Shown: piece after piece, positions 37,111 to 55,032 of the stretch
How positions within the stretch are numbered: the stretch's first letter is position 1
Layout: each line of letters opens with the position of its first letter
Source: the human T2T-CHM13v2.0 reference genome, Homo sapiens
DNA: 64,000 bases
Direction: 5' to 3' (one strand)
NCBI RefSeq assembly: GCF_009914755.1
Contig: NC_060933.1
Notes under the pieces: model-generated
Told to the model about the DNA's origin: nothing
What the model saw: the letters and a program-made list of their open reading frames with translations, nothing else
Database searches by the model: none
Translations under genes and position numbers: made by a program

Positions 37111-39634
37111 GGTACAGGAGGAAAGTCAAGGCACTCAAAGCCCAGGCAGGGCACTCCCCCACCCCGGTCCCCAGACCGCAGCAAATCCCTTTCTCTGAGC
37201 CTGTTTCCCTTCCGAGAAACAGGGATATGGAGAGCGCCCACTTGGAGGATGGATGGGAGGAATCGGTAAAATCGGTAAAATGCCCAGTTCAGAGCCTGGC
37301 ACAGTTAAGTGCCCGCTGCACAGAAGTTGCTGTCGTATTTAACCTTGGGTGCCACCCGAGCGCCAGCCCGACACAGGTGCAGCTCAAAAAAGACAGCCCG
37401 AGAGCCCTTGCGGCCAAGGTCAGCCTGTCTGCAGGGAGGCTGCCATATCGAAAAGCCCAGACTTTGCTGCGCACCAACTGTGTGATCTCTCCCTCTGGAC
37501 TTTGGTTTCTCCTCTGTACTATAAGTGATTGCCACAACTGGTGTCAGAGGCCCTGACAGCGGGGAGGGACAGTGTAACCGGTGGTTGTGGTGTGTAGAAT
37601 GATTGCCCAGTGAGATGGGATGAGCCTCTGGGAGGAACCAGGGCTGGTATAAGGAGCCTGGATTCCCTCCTTAATTCTGTTCTCGGCTTCCTGTTTGTAT
37701 GTTTAAAGACACGTCACTTCCTTTAGTGTGCTGGTTTTTCTCTGTGTAAACTGAGGACTGTGCGGGGGTTGGAAGGATGCATGGAGCGTTTTGGTGGAGG
37801 CCGGAAGCCCTAGGATCACAAGGATGGCATCTAAAAAATCTCGGTGGGGGTTCTGTGCTTATAGGCAGAGGAAGCTCACTCCCCACTCTGGCTGATTTGC
37901 AGAGCTGTTTGAGTCTGCTGGCTTGGCCGCCCAGCATACCAGTAACAGTCCCCTAGGTGTGTCCAATACAGCTTCTGTGGCATTCTAAGGCAGTTTTCCC
38001 ATTTGATCCTCATAGTGGGCAGAGTTGACAAGAATCTCATTTGACAGAGATTTCTAAGCTCAAGAGAGAATATGTGCCCGGCACTGTGCAAAGCACTTTA
38101 AGCTTTTCATATGCACTTTTAATCACAGCCTTTCTGTAAAGTCGGTATTACTGTTCCATTTTATAGGTGAACTGAGGAATGGTGAGGTTTAATGTCTTGT
38201 CTGTGCTTACACAGCAGGTGTGCAGAGCCAAGATTCAGATCTGGTTCATCTGGCTCCATCAGAGCCTTTGTTAGTTTTTAAATGTATCCCCTGTTTTGTC
38301 TTCTTCCCTCCCTTTCTCACTTCCTTCTTTTTCTTAGAGCACTCTGCCGTTTGCATGTGGCCTGCTGCTGTCCACAAAGATCCAGGGAGGATGGACTCTG
38401 TCCACTAGGCTGCTAGAGGGTGGAGGTAACTTTTAGGCAGGCTTTTCCGTAGAGACTTACGTGAGGAGGATGAGATGACTGCAAAAGTCTGCCGGTGACA
38501 GTTTCAGCACTGTTTTCTTCCATGGGTCGTGGGAGAAGAGATGCAGTACCCTGGGTCTGAACATCTTGGCGGGGAGGAGGAGGCAGCAGCCAGGTGACTG
38601 TGAAGGATGTAGGATCACATTTACTGGCTGAGCAGCCATTTACCAGGCATGAGGGGTTTGTCTTCCTCTCTGAGCTAGCCTAGAGTGCACACAAAGCCCG
38701 TGTGCTCCTGGCCCCCTCCCAGGCCCTTCAGCCACATACGGCATCTGTGCTCTGGAGCAGAGTGTAGCAGGACCACCTGCTGTTGGCTGACTGACCTTGC
38801 TGTTCCCTCAGACTCTTAGGGACCTCCTCCTGCCCCACTCCAATCTGGACACCACGAGGCAAAATGTAGCCAGGACCCCAGGAATCCCGTTTATTAATGA
38901 ATCAGCTGTTAGGGCAGATGTCAAAGTCAGGCTTGCTATTTCCCGGCCAGGATGTGCCTCCCCTGGCTTGTTCCCAGAATTTGCGTGTAAGTGGAATTCT
39001 TGTAAATTAGATTATTCAGGGGACCCTGACATTTAAAGGAATCATGTTACAAGGCTTTTGGTAAAGCACAGAATTATATTGTCGGTAGCAGCCTTCAGGC
39101 CTTCAGTATTTACCAGTTCTGAATGGTTGGACTTTTGTCTGTAGGATTTTCTTAGAGTGGAAAATGGCTATAGCTGCACAAAGCCCATTCTTGCATTATT
39201 TGGCAACCAGTTAGTCAATGCCCACCTGGTATCAGGCACTGGGCTAATGGTGTACAAGGTAATGTCTCTACCCCCAGGAAGCTGCATGCTGGGAGAGGAG
39301 ACGGATGGAGTCCAGCCTGGTATGTGTTTGCCCCCAGATTTATTCTGTTCATTTGATCAGAGGTGAACTTTCTGTTGAATATTTGTGTTTCATGGGATGC
39401 AAGAGAAGCATGGTGATAAATCTCAAATGTTGCCACTGCTCTCAGGAGCTCCCCGGCCAGGCGAGAGAGAGAACTGAATACAAAACCTTCAGTTTGCCAA
39501 GTTGGGCGGTGAGAGGGAGACAGGCTTGCTCTCGCCATGGTCCAGTCTGAATGGGAGTTGTGCCAGCATGGTGTGGAAGAGTAGTAGTTCGTTTTTTAAC
39601 CTTTGTCTTTAATTTTCCCAGCCACCAAGTGTTT

Positions 39635-42600
39635 TTTGTTTTTTGAGACAGGGTCTCGCTCTGTTGTCCAGGCTGGACTCAAACTCCTGGGCTCAAGCAG
39701 TCTTCCCACCTCAGCCTCCCAAAGGGCTCAGGTTATAGGTTACAGGTTATAGAGTAGTTTTGAATGCCGTCCTCTCTTGAGTGACTGATGGAGGGCTGTG
39801 ACATGGTTGCTCCGGTACCTGCTGGCAGAGGGGCAGGCAGCCCACCTAACCTGGTCCTTACGCCATCAGACCATAGCAGCCACCAAACCCAGCTACATGG
39901 TGACATTCAGATTGGTGGCCCTTTTTCCTGTCAGCTACCCGGGCACATCTAGCAGTCTTGAGGATTGGCAGGTCTGGTGGGAAGAAGAATTCATTCTTCT
40001 TCTTCTTCTTTTTTTGACACAATGTCTCACTCTGTTGCCCAGGCTGGAATGCAGAGGCAGGATCATGGCTCACTGCAGCCTTGACCTCCCAGGCTCAAGT
40101 GATCCTCCCACCTCAGTCTCCCTAGTAGCTACTAGAATGTGTGTATTTTTGACAGAGATGGGGTTTCTGAGCCGTGGGCTTCTTTCTCCTTCCGGCAGTG
40201 TTGTTCCCAGTGCTGGGACACCAGTGTGGGAGCTTTGTGGTCAGCTTGCGGGGAGGGTGTTATGTGCAATATTTAGAACTAAGGTCCTCCCCAGCCTGTT
40301 ACCCCAAAGGGCTCCCTGATTGGTGAAGTGACTGCTGCCTTTCTTCATTGTGGCTGAAACCCTTGTGCGTGAACAGTAAAGTGAGGGGTCAGTCTGCGAG
40401 CGGATTCAAGAATCTGAAGAGGGAAGCCAGGTGCAGTGGCGTGCGCCTGTAATCTCAGCTACTTGGGAGGCTGAGCAGGGAGGATGGCTTGAGCCCAGGA
40501 GTTTGGGGCCAGCCTGGGCCACATAGTAAGACCCCATCTCAAAAAAACAAGAATCTGAAGAGAGGTTTAAGCAGGCTTCTCTCTAGGCACAGCCAAAGGA
40601 TTCTGCTAAGGGTGAGAAGACCCAATCACGGATCTAAGAAGAACCCCGTTGCATCTGTTAGAAGTATTCTTGAGCTGGCTGGGCGGGGTGGGCCTACTGC
40701 TTCTGGAAAGTTCCTTCTCTTTCAGGACAGGTTCAGAATATAGTAGTGCAGAATATAGTTCTGGGGCCAGTAACAAATTTGACCAATGAAAAATCTTGGC
40801 TGGGTGCAGTGGTTTCTGCCTGTAATCCCAACACCTTGGGAGGCTGAGGCAGGTGGATTGCTTGCAGCCAGGTGTTTGAGACCAGCCTGGGCAACGTGGC
40901 AAAACTCCATATCTACAGAAAATACAAAAGTTAGCCAGGTGTGGCGGTATGTGCCTGCAGTCCCAGCTACCCTGGAGGCTGAGATGGGAGGATCACCTGA
41001 GCTGTACTCAAGTCTGGCGACAGTGAGACCCTTTCTAAAAAAAAAGAAGAAAAAATTCTCCAGCTTGTCTTGTGTTTAGTTTCCCTTCTCTTTCCTCATA
41101 GTTGCTTCCCAAAGGCCTCGTGCTCCTTCTCAGGGCATTTTCCCGTTTCCCTCTGACCACTTCTCTTGAAGCCCCTAGAGTGTTCCTGGGTCTTAAGCTT
41201 TGAGTTGTGTTTGAGGACTGTACCCGAGTTCCATATGTGGACTCTTCCGTGTTGACCCTGTAGCTCCAGGAGTCAGGCAGACGGTCTTGGACCTACGATT
41301 TGTCAACTTTGGCGACAGGCATTTGCTAGAAGCCCCCTGCTCTCCTCGTGTGGAGGCAGCACGTGCGAGGCGGTGAGCTGCAGCTCCCAGTCAGCTGCGC
41401 GTTTTCCACCGAGGGTATTTTCCCTTTACCATGGGTTTATCAGGATGTAGCAGCTGCTGCTGCTGGGATTCCTACCACCCACTGTTGCTGTGTGTCCTCA
41501 GCACGGCCACTGCCATTCTCACTCTGCCTCCTTTAGGTTAGGCCTTGGCAGTGTGGGAAACACATCAGCCGAGAGTTGGTGCCCAGCATGCACTCGAGGC
41601 CACCCTCATCCAGGCCCCGTCTGCCTTTCCGAGCTCACCTTCCACAGTCTTCCCCCGCTCCACTCTCCGCCCTCTGATGGCCCATGCTGTCCCACGGCTG
41701 CTCCCTCTGTCTGCCCCACCCCCTCCAGCACTCCCTGTGCTTGGCTGCCCAGCTCGGGCTGCCTCCTCCAGGCGGCTGCCCCTATCTGCTGTTGGGAGGA
41801 GATTCCTCTGCCCTTTGAGTGTCCTCGACACTTTGTGGGTCCATGAGAATCCTTATTTTTCTGCTGTGTATTTTCTTTCCCTTTGTTCTTTGTCCTCCTG
41901 GACTAGAGCTCTCTGAGGTCTTGGCAAGCCTCACAGCAACTAGAACAGCCCCTAAGCGTGGTGTGCCTTGGTGACAGCACTGTGCCTTGGGAAGCTTATG
42001 GCAGAATGGCCACCCGTGGAGCACGGAGCCGCCCAACTGTCATCGCTGTCCTGAAGGGCGAGGTGGGCCTGGGCTCTGCTGCCAGGACCCAGCTGAGGCT
42101 TTCTAGTTCTCTCTCCTTCTACCGTGGCAACCGTCTCCTCATCCCCCTGCCATCTCCACCGCCGCCAGCAGTCTTCAGAAGCATCGGTCTTCCCGGGCCA
42201 CTCTCTGTTGGGCCTCAGGGTGGTTGACTCATTGCTCTGTAGGATGCAGTCGAAACTGCTAGAGTTGACTGTGAGACCAGGAACTGGCAGCCGCGAGGGC
42301 TGTCTGTCCTTCCCTCCAGGAGCAGTGCCGTCGCCCTCCACCTACTGCGCTTATTCTTGCCCATCCATCGGTTTCAGCTTACGCGTCCCCTCCTCAGGGA
42401 TGCCTTCCCTGGTCCCCGCACCCGACTCCACTTCCTCCCTCCGTGCTCTGCTGGCACTGGCGCTTCTCCTCTGCAGCCCTCCCTGCAGGTGTGGTTGTGT
42501 CTGTAGAATTGTTTTCTGCCTGGCTGGCTGCCTGGTTCACAGCCCGGTGCCTGGCACAGAGTCCCCACTCCTTGTTAACGGAGGACTGGACCCCACCTTG

Positions 42601-44420
42601 AGTTGTTGCTGTGCTCTGAGCCAGAGGAAGGGAGGCGTGGAAGCTTCCCTGGCCCTCCAGGGTCTGCTGGTGCTCTCGGCTTTGCGGTCGTTTCTCTTTA
42701 TTGATCAGGGTTTTCTGTGCCCTGAAGCCACTGAGTCAGGTGTCATATAGAGCATATCAAGAACTTGAAGCCAGGCCAGGCACATGGGCTCACACCCGTA
42801 ATCCCAGCACTTTGGGAGGCCAAGGTGGGAGAATCTCTTGAGGTCAGGACTTCAAGACCAACCTTTGTAACATAGTGAGACCCCATCTCTACAAAAAATA
42901 ATTAGCCAGGCATGGTGGCACACAACTGTAGTCCTAGCTGCTCCGGAGGGTGAGGTGGGAGGGTCTCTTGAGCTCTGGAGTTGGAGGCTGCATTGAGCTA
43001 TGATCACACCACTGCACTCCAGAAAAAATAAAAATGTAAAAGAACTTGAAGCCAGGACTTGGGGCGGGTGCTCTGAGTGCAAAAGACAGAAGATGCTGTT
43101 ATCCAAGGGGTAGAAGCAGATTTGGGGACCCTGGACTTCTCTCTGCACTCAGCAGGATGTGTGACTTGTGAAGCCTGGTGTGAGACTGGCCCTCTGCCCT
43201 GGGGGCCTTTCTGCCAGGTCCCTGGCCCGCTGACTCACGCCCCCTTCCTTACCCAGGAGAGTCGCGGTTGCTGATCGTGGTGCTTGAGTAGAGCCGTGGT
43301 TGGTGACAGCATGACGAGCGAGGTGATAGAAGACGAGAAGCAATTCTATTCCAAGGCCAAGACCTACTGGAAACAAATCCCACCCACGGTGGACGGCATG
43401 CTTGGGGGGTATGGCCACATCTCCAGCATCGACATCAACAGCTCCCGGAAGTTTCTGCAGAGGTTTTTGAGGGTAGGCAGGTCTGGCGTGCTCTCCAGGA
43501 GAGGCTGTGGCTCTGGTGGCACTGCCGAGTCCATGTGGGGTGCCACCTTTTACACATGTAACACTGCAGGATCGTTGGCTATCTCTTGGTACCTACCCCA
43601 AAGCCTTGAGGAGCTGGGCTGGGTGGGCACAGTGGGGTAACTTTTAGATTGTGGACTTAGCCTCAAGGTTACCAGACAGGAGCTGGCTGTTAGGCAGAAT
43701 TGAGGTGCCTGAATTGGGCAAACCTCTCTTCAACTGTTGGGTTTTGCCAGGGACGAAACCCTTGCTCTCCTGCCATGTCCACGGGTGTTTGGACTGAGGG
43801 TGTTGGCTATTCTGGACGAAGACTCCTAGTTATGTGCCATGGTTTCCACCCTCTGCTCCACCCCCAGCCTTTTCTGTACCAGGCTGGGACCCCCAGTCCT
43901 GGAGCCCCCCACCTTCTTGTCTCATGGCTGGCACTGGAGGCTGCTGTTGGCCACCTGCTCCATCCAGCGCCTCCCCTCCCTCCATGTTCCCTCTCTGCAC
44001 CCTTGTTCACCTGTTGCCCCGCTTCCATTCTCCCCATTCCTCTCTGCCGTTGTTTACCTGGAGACTCAGGAGAGATTAGTGCACCTGTTCAAGTTATCAC
44101 CTTTAAGTGGAAATTAGCTTTCATTTAGAAATGTGTGGCCCAGGGCAGGGGCAGTGGCTCACTCCTGTCATCCCAGCCCCTTGGGATGCCAAGGTGAGAG
44201 GATTGCTTGAGCCCAGGAGTTTGAGACCAGCCTGGGCAACAGACCGAGGCCCCGTCTCTACAAAAAATACAAAAAAAAAAAAAATGAGTTGGGCATGGTG
44301 GCGCATGCCTGTAGTCCCAGCTACTTGGGAGGCTGAGGTGGGAAGATGGAGGATGGCTTGAGCCCAGGAGTTCGAGGCTACAGTGAGCCATGATCCCACC
44401 ACTGCATTCCAACCTGAACA
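39635..44420. mobile_element. Intronic Alu/FLAM copies in NTMT1 (39635-39740, 40000-40170, 40427-40548, 40798-41055, 42774-43035, 44137-44420)
   Basis: Alu motifs; TSDs AAGAATCTGAAGAG and AAGAACTTGAAGCC. Confidence 0.85.
43311..43472 (+). CDS. NTMT1: NTMT1 (N-terminal Xaa-Pro-Lys N-methyltransferase 1) coding exon 1; exon begins at 43257
   Basis: MTSEVIEDEKQFYSKAKTYWKQIPPTVDGMLGGY; GTAGG donor, phase 0. Confidence 0.96.
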
Positions 44421-44661
44421 GAATGCAGAATGCAACCTGAACTTTCAAAGATAAAGGAATGTGTGGCCCAGCAGTGTGTCCTCCCATGCTCATCCCCTCG
44501 ACTCCGTACAAGCTGGCAGCCAGCACAGACCTCCCCACCAGTGCTCAGCTTGTGCGGAGTCCTGGAATCCTGACTTGAGTCTAAGTCCTAGGGCTCGTGA
44601 GGAAGGGCCCCACGTGCGGTGACAGGGTCCCTCTGATAGGTTATATGCCTCTGCTTTTCAG

Positions 44662-44914
44662 GAAGGCCCGAACAAGACAGGAACGTCCTGTGCCCTGGAC
44701 TGTGGAGCTGGCATTGGGAGGATCACCAAGCGGCTGCTCCTGCCGCTGTTCAGAGAGGTGGATATGGTCGACATAACGGAGGACTTCCTGGTTCAAGCCA
44801 AGACCTACCTGGGGGAGGAGGGCAAGAGGGTGAGGAACTACTTCTGTTGTGGGCTCCAGGACTTCACCCCGGAGCCGGACTCTTACGACGTGATCTGGAT
44901 CCAGTGGGTGATAG
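44662..44914 (+). CDS. NTMT1: NTMT1 coding exon 2
   Basis: SAM-binding motif I ALDCGAGIGR, YDVIWIQWVIG; ttttcag acceptor, GTGAG donor. Confidence 0.96.
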
Positions 44915-45227
44915 GTGAGGGTTCCACCGCCCTTCCCTGCTCACCTGTATGTCTCCTGCCACTCGCGTTCCCCATAAGGTGTCGGGACCAGGGCTTTGCA
45001 CTCCTGCAGCAAGTGGGCCAGTGAGGATTCCCCACCCCGCCCAGGCCCACCCCCACCCCGTACTTCCCAGGACTGAGGGACAGGCTCGGCCTAAAAGGTA
45101 GATTTCTTCCTTCTAGGTTTTGTTTCAGTTGAATACCTGCTACCATCCATTTGGGTGCAGTTTTTTGTTGAGAAAATTTTAATGGCCAATAACTTACTGC
45201 ATTCAAAGTGAGGAGTTTTATAAGGGT

Positions 45228-45233
45228 TTTATT
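45228..45233 (-). terminator. ASB6: Candidate distal ASB6 poly(A) signal
   Basis: AATAAA on minus in an AT-rich patch inside the last NTMT1 intron; a proximal ATTAAA lies at 47519-47524. Confidence 0.55.
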
Positions 45234-45815
45234 TTTAATAAGATGAATAGTTTAAGCTTCGTGTCTAGCCCTGCACCCTCTTAGCCTAACAGCACACCTC
45301 GAGCGCTGTGCCCTGGGCTGCTGACGTGGCGGCAGGCCGCTAGCAGCAGTCGGCCACCTCCTGAGGCGGGCAGCACAGGCCTGCTGTGGACACTCTAGGT
45401 CTGGCCTTGTATTTTGTGGTCTCAGAAGCCTTTGTGGGGACTTCTAGTGTAGGGAAGGCAGTCTCTCTGGGAGCTCCTGCAATGCCAAACTCTTGGCCCA
45501 GGTTCACTCCTCCGATCCAAGCCTGGCAGGGGTGGGGCATCATGGTGTGTAGGTATCAGGCAGGACTTGTAAGCCATCCCGTCAAGTCAAATTCTGGCTT
45601 AATGTGTCTTTAGGTAGATGACCTCTGAGCCACAGTTTCCTATTCTATGAATTGGGGTTTAGTAAATCTCTCGGGACTGAGAGCCAATGAGGCCATGTGT
45701 GCACACAAAATGCTGGGCACAAATGAGGGGCTCAGCGGGGCTGAGAAGTACATCCCATCCAGTGCCGACATCCGCTTGCATGGTGCCCTGGTAACCTTGC
45801 CTCTGCCCTCCCCAG

Positions 45816-46072
45816 GCCACCTCACCGATCAGCACCTGGCCGAGTTCCTGCGGCGCTGCAAGGGCAGCCTCCGCCCCAACGGCATCATCGTCATCAAAGA
45901 CAACATGGCCCAGGAGGGCGTGATTCTGGACGACGTGGACAGCAGCGTGTGCCGGGACCTTGACGTGGTCCGCAGGATCATCTGCAGTGCAGGCCTCAGC
46001 CTCCTGGCCGAGGAGAGGCAGGAGAACCTCCCCGATGAGATCTACCATGTCTATAGCTTTGCCCTGAGATGA
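45816..46072 (+). CDS. NTMT1: NTMT1 coding exon 3
   Basis: HLTDQHLAEFL...IVIKDN...DSSVCR...VYSFALR*; spliced total 223 aa. Confidence 0.96.
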
Positions 46073-46487
46073 GCCGGGGCTGGCAGGAGAAACTGAGGAA
46101 CCACAGTCCTGGTGGGGGGAGCTGGCAGCTGGGCAAGATCCAGGCGCCACGCTGGCGGTTCGTGAGTGTCGAGGCACCACTAAATATAGCTGTCTGCCGT
46201 CCACTCATTATGCGGGCTCTTCTTCAAAAGGCAAGGTGGGACCCGGCGGGGAGGGTGCTGCTGAACCAGCGGTGAGGCAGGAGCCCAGACCCTGCTCTCC
46301 TGCGAGATGGGATTGGGTGGAAGGGGCTCCAGGGCTCCTGGTGCTCCCCATGTGGGAATAGGGTGGCCACATCAGTAACCGATTCCCTGGGCCTCCAGCC
46401 CGGCCTTCCAGCCATGGGCCTGGCTGCCTGAAGAGGAAGGAAACCACCCCCAACTTGGTTGCTGGGGACTTGAAGACTTCAGTGTGA

Positions 46488-47459
<972 letters not shown>

Positions 47460-48397
47460 CTATGGAGGGGCGGGGTGGAAATTTTATATAAGGACCTTGT
47501 TAAGGCCAAGAAAGTCAGTTTAATCTTACAATATAAATATATCATTTAGTCACCTCAGCTTATCCCCAGAGGTGTTTACACAATTCCCAATGACCAGTGC
47601 AGCTTGGAAGGGACTGAGGCTCGCAAGTGGGTGGCACAGTCGGCTCTTCAGTGGCTCCAAAGTGAGCCCCTCACAACAGGAGACACTTCAGAGAGGTCTG
47701 TCCCCAGCCACGCACTCATGATTGCTTTTTAGCAGAAGTCATGGTCGCTGAGGCCCTGGGTTTGGCAAAAGCACAGCTGCCAGCAGAGCACAGTTCTGGT
47801 AGGTGGGGCCACGGCTGACCTGGCCCCAGAGCTACAGGAACAGGCAGGGGCCAGCTTGGCTTGCAACACCATGAAACAAGCCTGTGGGGCCCTTAGTGTC
47901 TTCTCCCGCAGAGCCCACCAGAAACACTTCTGTGAGTAACAGAACCTGGAAGGAAAAGGGGCAGGGGTGGGGCCTTGGTGGCACCGCACAGGACGTGCCC
48001 CAGGCTTCCTCTCCAGCTGCACTGCCACGTGCGGCCAACAAGAGCCCCGCAGCCCTGGGGTGCTGAGGCTTGGTCCTTCCCAGCTTCTGCAAATGCCCTG
48101 GCACTGCCCTCCAATTCAGAGGGTATAAACATCAATCCAAGCCCTGTTCCTCTTTCCAACATGGGGGGGACTTGGAGTGCCACTGGAGGGAAGGGGGCAG
48201 TCTCTCTGGAAGAACCAGAGCTGCACCCTTCACCACTGGAGTGATCACAGCTTCAGGCTCTACCTGGCTGGCTTTTCTCATGAAGGATCCCGTCTCATCT
48301 CCCAGATCAAAAAGACCCTCTTCTAATGCTGTCCCAGCATCTACCAACAGGCTGACCTGAGCTGCCCGTGTCCCCCGTTCCTGTAGCCTGAGACCTA

Positions 48398-49065
48398 TCA
48401 GATGTCATCTTCCACGGAGCCACTGTGCTCGCTAAGGAGGTACCACTTCAGCCTGTCGGGCAGAGGCAGGGCTTTGACCTTCACATCCACAGGCCACGGC
48501 TGAAGGTAGAGCCGGATGGCCACACGGCACAGGTGCTTGAGGGGCGGGGGATAGCTCTCCAGCTGCCTCAAGGAGAAGTGGAGGGCCTGGATCTTTTCCG
48601 CCAGGCTGCCCACAGGGTGGATATCGAAGTTTTCGGGCAGCTGGAGTTTCTGAGAGTTGGTCACCATGAGATCCAGGACAGTCTCAGCTTTGCGCAGGAG
48701 GTCCGCATGGCTCTCGTCTTCCGTGCAGCCTGGGTGGGAACAGAGCCTCTCAAAGATGATGTGAAAGCCAGACCAGCAGGACGCACCGTGCAGGGAGCAG
48801 TTGTAGGCAGCTCCGGACTCCAGGAGGAAGCGCAGGAGAGGGAAGTGCAGTTTAAAGCTCTTCAGGCAGATGTGGGTGAGGGACTCGTGGGCTGGGCACT
48901 CGCTGGGGTCGGCCCCGTGTGCCAGCAGCAGCCGTGTGACTTGGAAGCAGAAGCGGTTGATCATCTGGGCCTCCTCTTTGTCCCCTCCCACGGTCTCACC
49001 AAGCAGGAAGATGATGCAGGTGAACACTGTGTCCCCATCTTTGGTGGTGGCCTTGACGTCTGCCC
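48398..49065 (-). CDS. ASB6: ASB6 coding exon 6 (ankyrin repeats and SOCS box)
   Basis: GADVKATTKDGDTVF; SOCS box PPPLKHLCRVAIRLYL...LPLPDRLKWYL; spliced total 421 aa. Confidence 0.96.
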
Positions 49066-49180
49066 CTAGAAGAGCCATAGAACAAGAGATGCTGGGAGAA
49101 GGCCTTCAACCCTGGCAAAGCAACAGCACACATCGAAGGGGCGGGTGAGAGGACGAGGCCTAGGAGCGCGCCAGCCTCAC

Positions 49181-49267
49181 CTCCTTCCAGTAAGAGACGA
49201 ATGTTCTCAGTATTGTGGATCTGCACCCCGTCGCTGCTGGCCAGAGCATGGAGCAGAGCAGTTTTTC
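49181..49267 (-). CDS. ASB6: ASB6 coding exon 5
   Basis: GKTALLHALASSDGVQIHNTENIRLLLEG; phase 1 to 1. Confidence 0.93.
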
Positions 49268-49809
49268 CTAGGGAGGGAGGGAGAGCAAGGAGGAGCAGGA
49301 GGCCAGGAAGCCCAGGTCAGGGCAACCCAGAGGAGGTGGCAGAAATCCAGACACTCAGAGGATCAGAAGATGAACTTTCAGAGACAACTCTCAGCTCAGG
49401 TGAGGGCTGAGGGTGACGGGCTTCTGGCCATTCCCTTTCCACCCAGAGAAGTGGGAGCGGAAAGGCCAGGAAAGGTAGGATTTTTCTGGACCCCAAGATG
49501 CTACCTGAGATGTTGGCTGGGCCTCTCCCAATGGGAAGCCATTGTTTCTTGGAAACTAAGTGCACACATGCCCTATTTCTTCCTATAGAAGGCCCTTGAG
49601 GGCCAGCACAGGGACAATGACTGCACTGCCTCTCTGAAGCCTCTGAGCTCAGCAAGTCAGCAGAATCCCTGTGTGCCCAGCCATGCTGTGCCACCAGCCA
49701 GGGCCAGCATCCAGTCTGCCCACCTAGCTGTTGTCCTGGGGCACCCTGGGTGTCCCCCACAAGGTGCCTGGGGGCCCAGCTGTCCTGCTTTCCTGCAGGA
49801 GGCACCCAC

Positions 49810-49918
49810 CATGCTTGTCAGCGGCATTGACATCAGCTCCAAGGTCCAGGAGGCGCTGCAGGCAGGGCAGGCGCTCAGGCTCCTCGCTGGCCAGGTCCAA
49901 GGGGCTACTCTCGTGGAT
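49810..49918 (-). CDS. ASB6: ASB6 coding exon 4
   Basis: IHESSPLDLA...LLDLGADVNAADKH ankyrin repeat; phase 0 to 1. Confidence 0.93.
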
Positions 49919-50009
49919 CTGAGCCAAGGAAGCACAGCCAGGTTGGCTTGGGAAGCTGCTCAGGCCCCTGCCCAACCCTGCTTCAAAGCAAGCTGGACCT
50001 GGCACTTAC

Positions 50010-50116
50010 CCGGTCCCTCCGATTAACGTCGGCCCCGTGATGCACCAGCAGCTCCACCATGTCCGGCTGGTTCCGCAGGACGGCGATGTGCAAGGCCGTG
50101 TAGTAGGTGACTGGGT
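50010..50116 (-). CDS. ASB6: ASB6 coding exon 3
   Basis: DPVTYYTALHIAVLRNQPDMVELLVHHGADVNRRDR; phase 1 to 0. Confidence 0.93.
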
Positions 50117-51148
50117 CTGAAGGTGCAGACACAGCTCATGTGGGTCCTATCTATCCGCATTCTTATGGGGCCCCCGGACCCAGAGCCCAGCCCCAAACTC
50201 CCACCTAAAGTGTCCAGAAGCACAGGCCCAGCCTCCTGTCACCATCAAGGGTTAGGACAGAGCTGTCCTCACCAGATACTAGAGGGCCCTCGGGGTGTTC
50301 TAGTGGGCACGCTACTGAAGCTGTTGGGGGCTTTAGTTTCCTCTTCTGTAAGAAGGGACCATAAAACGGGGCGCACCCTCTCAGAATGGCTGGGAGGCCG
50401 CGCTACACAGCAGCTCTGGCGGCTCTGCTTTGTAGGCCTGGTGGTAACAGCCAGGTTCTCCAAGCTGGTCTCCAAGTCACTGGCTTCAGAACCGGCCCTC
50501 CCGTCTCAGCTCCTTGACCCTCCAGGAGCCCAGCAGACTCCAAGCCCGTCTTCGGATGGGGAAAGGAGACGTGCCTGGCTGTCTCAGGCCCCTATTAGGT
50601 CACAAGGCAGCCCTGCCTGTCTGCCGACTAACCCTGCCCTCCCTGGGCTGAAAAACACAGAGAAAGGAGCTCGGCTCCATCTCCATCCCTGGCACTCAGG
50701 AGCCAGGAGCCAGGGTGTCCTGTGGTGATTTATGCCTAATGCAGCCTGTTTTCCCCTCTCCCTACGGCATGAGAAAAAAAAAAACAAATTGGCTCAGAGT
50801 AAGTAGCAGAAAATTACCTTCCCTTAGCTCTGGGCACAGTGCCAGCAGCCGCATTTTTGCATTAATGGAAGTGGGGATTAATCTGGGAGCTGGGGAAAGT
50901 TTGCTAATCAATCACATGGTAGAAGCAGCAACACTCGCTCTTGGAACAGAGGTGGGAAGAGCCATGTGAAAACCCGCAGGGGGTGGGAGGCCACCCAATG
51001 GGAGTTTCCTTAGTTGCAGCCACCCAGGAAATAAAGGGGGGGAAGTCACTCCTCAGAGGATGGTAGAAGCCAAGGCTGGGGACATGGGCGCCCACCCAGC
51101 GTCGGGCCGCGTTTAAGCCACCTGCCCACCCCCGGGGCTCTCGCTGAC

Positions 51149-51330
51149 CTTCAAAGTTGAGATTGGCCCCATGCCGCAAGAGAACGTCGGCCGCCCGCGT
51201 CAGCCCCAGCTCAGCCATCTTGAGCAGGGCGTTGCTGACGCCTTCCTGGTAAAAGGGAGAGTGGGCTTTCCTCTCCAGCAGCTCAGTGAGAACAAGGATT
51301 CGGCTCTCCTCGCTGGCGACATAACTGGGC
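51149..51330 (-). CDS. ASB6: ASB6 coding exon 2
   Basis: PSYVASEESRILV...LLRHGANLNFE; phase 2 to 1. Confidence 0.93.
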
Positions 51331-52199
51331 CTGGGACAGGAGAGAGGCTGAGGGTAGGCACAGCTGTGGGACCGGGTGACCGCGCAGCCTGTGGGTTGGT
51401 GGGCTTTAGTCCTGCTATCATCATCAGCAAGCAGGGCCCTGGCTCTGTGGGTCACAGGGGCTTGGGGGAAGCTCTGAAGTAGAGAGAGGGCCACGCTGCA
51501 TCTCTTAATACGGGAGCAGACTGGGATTTGCGGAGAATGGGCTGGGTCTGTCTGCGCTCTCCTCCCGCGATGCCCAGAGTCCGGTCGCAGACTTAGGTAC
51601 AAAGCCTCACACACCTGGGCTGCTGGGACTGAAGGGACCACCAGCCTGGAGGCCAAGAGCCCAAGCCCGACTTTGATGCTTCTTCCTCAGAAAGCCCTTC
51701 CATCCTCAAACCCGCAGGACCCCAGCCCCGGCAACACCTGCAGCCAGGACAGCAACACAGCCTCCTCCCTCCCCTCACATTGAGACCTTCAGCTGATATT
51801 GATGAAGAAAGCCTACGTTTCCACCAGAGTCCCTGGATGGCGAGACTCATCATTACCACGTGTTGGAAATACCAACTGACAACCCCCTCAACACCTGAGC
51901 CGAGCCCCTTCCTTCTGCTCTCCCCTCCCTTCCACCTCGCGTGCCGCCGTACAATTACTTGTCAGTCTCTCCTCTGGAGCACATGCGCCAAGAAGGCGGG
52001 GGTTTTGCTGAGCCACTGATGGACCCCAGGTGCCTAGTACCATGGGCAGTGAATGCAGATTCGCTCCCGACCCCTTTCCTGCAGGTCCACGACAGACCAG
52101 CTCTTGTCTATAAAAACGCAAACTCTGCTACAAAAGCCCACCTTCACACTGCTCTGGGGTAACATCTGAGGCCTCACGGATTCCACCCTGCTCCTCTGC

Positions 52200-55032
<2,833 letters not shown>

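Noticed and set aside
48425-49069. 214-aa plus-strand ORF
   Set aside because: Antisense shadow of ASB6 exon 6
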